Assembly: GCA_965203095.1 (NCBI GenBank)
Contig: OZ241877.1
Location: 1,088,001-1,152,000, forward strand
Reading direction: 5' to 3'
Source: Bdellovibrionales bacterium
GTDB taxonomy: Bacteria > Bdellovibrionota > Bdellovibrionia > Bdellovibrionales > UBA1609
DNA length: 64,000 nt
Positions within the stretch are counted from its first letter, which is position 1. Every line of letters begins with the position of its first letter. The position numbers and the translations under genes are program-made. Below are positions 58,715-64,000 of the stretch, one piece after another. A model generated the notes under the pieces. It searched no databases and was not told where the DNA came from. It worked only from the letters and a program-made list of their open reading frames with translations.

Positions 58715-61495
58715 ATGCTCCAGCTGATAAAAATAAAAGATCCTTCCCTTCAATGGGAATTTTTGTCTGATTTTCAGCTCAAAACAGACTGCCTTGTTGT
58801 TTCTGATATTAAAACAAAACTTTTTGCAGAATCTCGATTGTTGGCAGGACAAGGCTCTCTCCCTGGTTTTTGTGTTGCACGACCAATGGAGTTTTATAAA
58901 GAGATTTTTTGTGTTTTGGATGGGGATTGGAATGAAGTTGAAGATAATTTTGTCTGTCAGTTGTTGTCAGAATTTTGTGCTCAACAAAAATCTCCTTGGG
59001 TTCAAAATTTGCAAAATTCAAAAAGCTTTTTTGATTTCTTTAATAGCTTTCTTGTGATTTTACTTCGTAAGGATAGCAAAGGTTTGTTTTTAGAGTGGCT
59101 AACTGAAAAATCCTTACCTGATTTTTGGAAGGATTGGTTTGAACTTTCTCAAAATTTTTTTAATTTTCTAAAGTCTAAAAAAGTCATTCATAGATATGGG
59201 GTCAAAGCCCTTTTGTCTGATAAACTGCCCACTGTGGAGGAGTTGCCATTTAACAAGGATAGAATATTTGTTAATTTGGCTTTTTCTATAGATGAACTTG
59301 AAAAAGACATTTTTAAGCAGTTGTCTCGCCATAAAGAAGTTTATATTTTATCTCCTGATTTGAAAAAGCAGGCTTTTTTTGATCAGATAAATATTTATCA
59401 AAATATAGAGGAAGAGGCAGTAGAGAAAACTGAGGAAACTTCTCACTCTCAGAACAAAGGGCAAATTTTTACAGTCAAAAGCGAGACTCAACTGGAAGAG
59501 CTTAAAAAGGCTCTCATCCAGATAAAACTTTGGTTGAAAAAAGGTATATCTTTAAAAGACATAGCCCTTTTTGCTCCTAATATGGAGGATTACTGGCCTG
59601 TTCTTAAAATTTATCTTGAAAAAGAGAAAATTCCTGCAAAAAAATCTGTTTTTTCTTCATTGCTGGAGTTTCCGGATATAAGTCGTTTTCTTTCTGCCCT
59701 TCGTGTGCATTCTGGGAAATGGAGTTTCGAGGATTTAGAAAGGGTTTTCTTTTATAGAGAGTCGGGTAAAGATTTTTCTGCCTTTTGCTCAGCTTATTTT
59801 GATGTTCCGGAAAGAAAACTGAGCGAAAGGCTTTTGTTTAAAAGAAAAATCTTACCAGCCAACAAACTAATTACTGGTCGGCAATTTGTTAATTGGGCTT
59901 TGGCTTTTTGGCAAAAAGAGACAGCTGATTTTTTATTGGAGAGGCTTTTGCAAATTTTTCAAAAATGGCCAATGGAGGAATCACTTCAGGTTTTATCATG
60001 GATAAAGCTTTTGGAATCCGACCTATCTTTGGTAGAGGAGGAAATTTCAGCAGAAAATCCTAATGGCCTTTCTTGCTTGAGCCTTAATGCTTTTCAGTCC
60101 ATCAAAAGCTCTTATGTTTTCATAATGGGTTTAAATGAAGAATCTCTTAAAAGCTCTCATATCAGTTTTTTAAACGAAACCACCAGCCAGCAGGTTTTAA
60201 ATGACTTGGGTTTCCCTTTGGCTCTCAGTTATTTTAAAAAGAAGGAAGATAGTTTGTTATGGTTTTTGCAGTCTTCTTATCACAAAGAAGTTTATCTTAG
60301 TAATTTTGTCTATGATTTTATGGGCAATATTAAAACCACGAGTGCTATTCACTCTTTATCTGAGGAGGCTTTTCATTCATTATCTCAGGAGATTTCCGGT
60401 TCTCTTTTATGGGACAACAATAAAAAACAAAAAGATATTGATAAAATTTTGAAGGGGAGTCATTTTTCAAAAGAAAAAATCCAAACTTTAAAATCAGCTT
60501 TTAAAAACAGAGACAAAGCTTTTTTTCATAAAAAAGCTATAGAGCTTTCGCCTAATAGTCTTAATGAATACAGAGAATGCCCCTTTAAATACGCCGCAAG
60601 AAAATTATTTTTTGTTCAAGAATCAGCTGTTGTGGAAAGAGAACTCTCCCCTCTTTCTAAAGGTTCTACTGCTCATCATCTATTGGAAAGCTGTTTGAAC
60701 CAATATCCTGATTTGTCTCTCTCACAAGAACAAAAGGAAGAACTGATCCAGTCTGTTCTTCCCAAAGAAGAAGAGCTTGTGCATGAAAAACAAGATTCTA
60801 TCGTTAACAAAAGCTTGAAGGATCTGTTAAAATTATTTTTGGAAAAAGAGAAAGAGAATCAAAAGCAATTTCCTTTTCTTAAACCGAAAGCTTTTGAGAC
60901 TATGGCCGAAGTTTATTGGAATCAAAAAACAGGAGAGTTAGGCTCAAAAGGGGATTATGTTTTTAAATGTCGGGTGGATCGCATAGATCAGGATCAAAAA
61001 ACTGGGGCTTATGCCGTTAGGGATTACAAATCTCGTGGTGACTGTTTTACACATATACCTAATTGGCTAAAAGAGGATGAAGAGGAACTTCAATTAACTT
61101 TTTATGCCCAACTTTTAGAAAAAGGCTTAATAAAAGATCTACCAGTGGGAAAAGTGTCAGCCCTGTTTTACTCTTTTTATAATCAGGATTTTTCGGCTAA
61201 AGGTTTTGTTGAAAAATCCAGCTCATTGGAAAATCTTATTGGCAAAAAAACAAGAAGTCCTAAGCAGGAGAAAACTGTTTTAGAACAAGCGATTTTAAAT
61301 TCAAACCAGAAGACAAAAGCTTTAGTTCGTTTAATGGAGAAGGGGCAGTTTTTACCCAATCCCAGAACAAATCAAATTTGCAAGACTTGCTCTTACCAGG
61401 CATGGTGCCGTGTGGAAACTTTAGATAACAAACCTCGCAAAAGGGAAAATACCCATCCCACCTCAAACTCAAAAAAAAAGATAAAAGATCAATAA
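58715..61495 (+). CDS. addB: AddB-like helicase/nuclease subunit (C-terminal PD-(D/E)XK nuclease with Fe-S cysteines)
   Basis: LSPNSLNEYRECPFKY, KGSTAH, RVDRID...DYKS, QLTFY, CKTCSYQAWCR; upstream of a UvrD-type helicase. Confidence 0.75.
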   Translation: MLQLIKIKDPSLQWEFLSDFQLKTDCLVVSDIKTKLFAESRLLAGQGSLPGFCVARPMEFYKEIFCVLDGDWNEVEDNFVCQLLSEFCAQQKSPWVQNLQNSKSFFDFFNSFLVILLRKDSKGLFLEWLTEKSLPDFWKDWFELSQNFFNFLKSKKVIHRYGVKALLSDKLPTVEELPFNKDRIFVNLAFSIDELEKDIFKQLSRHKEVYILSPDLKKQAFFDQINIYQNIEEEAVEKTEETSHSQNKGQIFTVKSETQLEELKKALIQIKLWLKKGISLKDIALFAPNMEDYWPVLKIYLEKEKIPAKKSVFSSLLEFPDISRFLSALRVHSGKWSFEDLERVFFYRESGKDFSAFCSAYFDVPERKLSERLLFKRKILPANKLITGRQFVNWALAFWQKETADFLLERLLQIFQKWPMEESLQVLSWIKLLESDLSLVEEEISAENPNGLSCLSLNAFQSIKSSYVFIMGLNEESLKSSHISFLNETTSQQVLNDLGFPLALSYFKKKEDSLLWFLQSSYHKEVYLSNFVYDFMGNIKTTSAIHSLSEEAFHSLSQEISGSLLWDNNKKQKDIDKILKGSHFSKEKIQTLKSAFKNRDKAFFHKKAIELSPNSLNEYRECPFKYAARKLFFVQESAVVERELSPLSKGSTAHHLLESCLNQYPDLSLSQEQKEELIQSVLPKEEELVHEKQDSIVNKSLKDLLKLFLEKEKENQKQFPFLKPKAFETMAEVYWNQKTGELGSKGDYVFKCRVDRIDQDQKTGAYAVRDYKSRGDCFTHIPNWLKEDEEELQLTFYAQLLEKGLIKDLPVGKVSALFYSFYNQDFSAKGFVEKSSSLENLIGKKTRSPKQEKTVLEQAILNSNQKTKALVRLMEKGQFLPNPRTNQICKTCSYQAWCRVETLDNKPRKRENTHPTSNSKKKIKDQ

Positions 61496-61499
61496 AAAC

Positions 61500-64000
61500 A
61501 TGAAATCTCAAAAAAAACAGGATTCATCATTCTTTGAAACTCAACTAATCCGGGCCGGAGCCGGAACAGGGAAAACCACTCGTTTAATTCAAGAAATCTA
61601 TAGCCAGTTTCAAAAACAAAGGAAGACTGGTCAAGAAGCTTCTCGATTGATAGTTTGCACATTTACCCGAAAAGCCAGTCAAGAGCTAAAACAGCGACTT
61701 TATGAAAAAGCCCAAGAGGAGATCAAAACAGAGGGGCTTTCCCTATCACCACTTTTTTTAAATTATATTCAGTCTCCATCTCTTTATATTTCCACAATAG
61801 ATGGCATTTTGAGTTTATTTTTAAAAAAACAAGCTCATCAAATGAATGTGCCACCAGATTTTCAAATACATTATGCTCAATCTAATGAAAAACTTTTTGA
61901 CTCTTTAGCAGAAGATTTTATTTTTAAAAAAAATCTCCCGCTCTTGCAAAAAATCCCTTATCCTTTTTTAAAGCAGTTGTTTTTGTCTTACTTTACAATG
62001 CGAATGGAACAAGGCAAGATTTCTTTTTATAATGAAGATGATTTTAACGATTTTGAGAATTTTTGGAGACAAAAAGATTTTATAAAACAAAATTGGGATT
62101 CAAAAAAGGAGATCTCAAAAATTTTCAACAACGAACAATATGATAATAAGACTCACAGTTTGTCTTTTATAAAAATGTTGGAAACATTGCAAAACATGGG
62201 CGAGTTAGGAAAAGCGTTAAAAACAAAAAAAGAGGATGAAGTGAGCTTTAAGGCCAATCATTTTTTGCCAATTTTTAAACAATTTCATCCTGTAGCAGAG
62301 GAATTTTGTTCTCAATTTATAGAGAGAAAGAAAAGCTCAGCCATTTTAGACATAGAAGATTTGCTTTTGTTCTCTTTAGATTTATTGAGAAAAAATCCTC
62401 AAGCGGGCCAAAGCTTTTCTAAAGAATGGGATGGTTGGCTGATTGATGAGTATCAAGACACCAGCTGGCTTCAAGAACAAATCATAAAGCATATCACTAA
62501 GTTTAAAAATGTTTTTTGTGTAGGGGATCCAGCACAAAGCATTTATTTTTTTCGTGGGGCTGACCCTTATGTTTTTAAGAGACGAGAGATTTCCACCCTT
62601 CGAACTGAAAAATTAAATGAAAATTATAGGTCCATTCCTGATTTAATTCATTTTTATAATGATTTTTTTGAAGAGAACCAAGGGGTTATGAAATTTAAAG
62701 CTCCAGCTATAAGCTCTACTGCAAAAGATGATCCTTGTGTTTATTTTTTAACTTATGAAAAACATGGGAATTACAAGCCAACCGCCTTAAAGGCACTCTA
62801 TTATTATGTCCAAAAGCTTGTGGCCCAGGGAGCAACTTATAGTGACATAGCTATTTTATCTTCTAAAAATGATGATTTGATAACAATAGCAAAGGGCTTA
62901 AGAAGTTGGAATATCCCTTTAATCTTGGATAGCTCCAAAAACTTTGCACAAGAGCGACTCATTTTAGATGCTTTATTTTTATTAAAATTTTTAATCAATC
63001 CTTTTGATGATAACAATTTAAAAGCTTTGTTGAGGACAGATTATTTCCATCTACCAGATCAAGAATTAGCAGATGCAAGTTGTGATCATACGGAGCTTTG
63101 CAAAAGTCAAAAAATTTCATTTTGGACTTTTTTAAAAAACCGATTCCCTGATAAATTTTTTGTTCAATCTCTCAATTCTTATTTAGATATGAAAAAAAGC
63201 TTTGGCCTTGTGCAAAGTTTTGAGAAAGCTTTAATGGATTCTGGCCTAATGGATCTTTCTTATTTTCAAGATCCCACAGGGGTTAATGAGGTCAACTTGT
63301 CTCAACTAATAAGTCTTTTGCACAAAAAAGGCTCGATGGCTTTAGAGCTTTTTTATTCACTTACAAAACTTGGAGATGAGGAAGAGAGCAAAACAACCCC
63401 TCCCTGTGAAGGTTCTCAATCCATTCAATTGATGACCATTCACAAAAGCAAGGGTTTAGAGTTTAAAAATGTAATTGTGATGGATTTTTCCTTAGACAGA
63501 TCTTCATTGAGGGTGGGAAATCAGGAAAAAGATAATGTCATCTATGACAAATACAGGGAAAAAGCTGTTTTTAGTGTGCCAGTGGGGGGAAGAGATCGTT
63601 CAAAAGTCAAATCTTTTGGCCATAAAATAGCTCTTTGGAACAAAAAAAAGGAAGAACTTTTTGAAAGAGATCGCCTCTTTTATGTAGCGATGACAAGGGC
63701 TAAAAACAGTTTGGCTTTTTTTGTCCCCAATAACTTTCCTGAAAAAAATAGCTGGTTGGCTGATATTGCGTTTTTTGAAAAGTTTTCTAAAGGGAAACCT
63801 CCTTTGCTTGAAAAAATATCTAACCCAAAAAAAGAACTCCGATTATGGAGGTTAAATAAAGGCATTTACAAGGCCAAAGCTTATTCTTTTTGTGTTCAGC
63901 CCTCTGAGTTGTGGGCTGGCCTTAGTGATGAAGTGAGCAAAAAAGCCTTTCCCTTGGCCTCTATAGAAAAGATAGACAAAAATCTTGAGCCAGCTCAAAC
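61500..64000 (+). CDS. addA: AddA-like UvrD-family helicase (3' truncated by window edge)
   Basis: Manual translation from ATG 61500: RAGAGTGKT, CTFTRKA, LIDEYQDT, VGDPAQSIYFFRGA, ENYRS, MTIHKSKGLEF, RLFYVAMTRA. Confidence 0.85.
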   Translation, partial: MKSQKKQDSSFFETQLIRAGAGTGKTTRLIQEIYSQFQKQRKTGQEASRLIVCTFTRKASQELKQRLYEKAQEEIKTEGLSLSPLFLNYIQSPSLYISTIDGILSLFLKKQAHQMNVPPDFQIHYAQSNEKLFDSLAEDFIFKKNLPLLQKIPYPFLKQLFLSYFTMRMEQGKISFYNEDDFNDFENFWRQKDFIKQNWDSKKEISKIFNNEQYDNKTHSLSFIKMLETLQNMGELGKALKTKKEDEVSFKANHFLPIFKQFHPVAEEFCSQFIERKKSSAILDIEDLLLFSLDLLRKNPQAGQSFSKEWDGWLIDEYQDTSWLQEQIIKHITKFKNVFCVGDPAQSIYFFRGADPYVFKRREISTLRTEKLNENYRSIPDLIHFYNDFFEENQGVMKFKAPAISSTAKDDPCVYFLTYEKHGNYKPTALKALYYYVQKLVAQGATYSDIAILSSKNDDLITIAKGLRSWNIPLILDSSKNFAQERLILDALFLLKFLINPFDDNNLKALLRTDYFHLPDQELADASCDHTELCKSQKISFWTFLKNRFPDKFFVQSLNSYLDMKKSFGLVQSFEKALMDSGLMDLSYFQDPTGVNEVNLSQLISLLHKKGSMALELFYSLTKLGDEEESKTTPPCEGSQSIQLMTIHKSKGLEFKNVIVMDFSLDRSSLRVGNQEKDNVIYDKYREKAVFSVPVGGRDRSKVKSFGHKIALWNKKKEELFERDRLFYVAMTRAKNSLAFFVPNNFPEKNSWLADIAFFEKFSKGKPPLLEKISNPKKELRLWRLNKGIYKAKAYSFCVQPSELWAGLSDEVSKKAFPLASIEKIDKNLEPAQ

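Noticed and set aside
1096..63865. Numerous 60-150 aa ORFs antisense or out of frame within larger genes
   Set aside because: Shadow ORFs of well-supported genes with no motifs of their own

Overview
AT-rich bacterial chromosome segment, most likely from a Bdellovibrionota lineage (inferred from a RomR-like gene, AddAB and gene context). Its many ankyrin, Sel1 and R-M genes suggest a host-associated lifestyle. The housekeeping backbone includes def, romR-nadC-like-birA, yejE, bamD, hpt-like, pgi-like, gdhA, pyrD, thiBPQ-like, ligA, gatCAB, ppx, tRNA-Phe, a trans-sulfuration enzyme, PBP1A, uvrA, holA, 6S RNA and addBA. Two defence-rich islands interrupt it. Island 1 (~12.0-22.4 kb) carries a repeat-spacer array, a split Eco57I-like methyltransferase pair next to an 805-aa GHKL/MORC-like ATPase, a zeta-like kinase with a small partner ORF, and a Type II R-M pair. 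Island 2 (~46.4-58.1 kb) carries duplicated trypsin-Sel1 genes, a Dsr1-like sirtuin, an M.Bsp6I-like C5 R-M pair, and a decayed ACGT-type R-M system whose endonuclease is reduced to a hidden out-of-frame fragment and whose methylase is split by IS630. By manual reading, ACGT, GTAC and GCWGC appear to be absent from the entire window, and two of these match R-M genes encoded here. A dRS3-like palindromic/MITE repeat family marks operon breakpoints. All family assignments come from motif recognition, not database searches.
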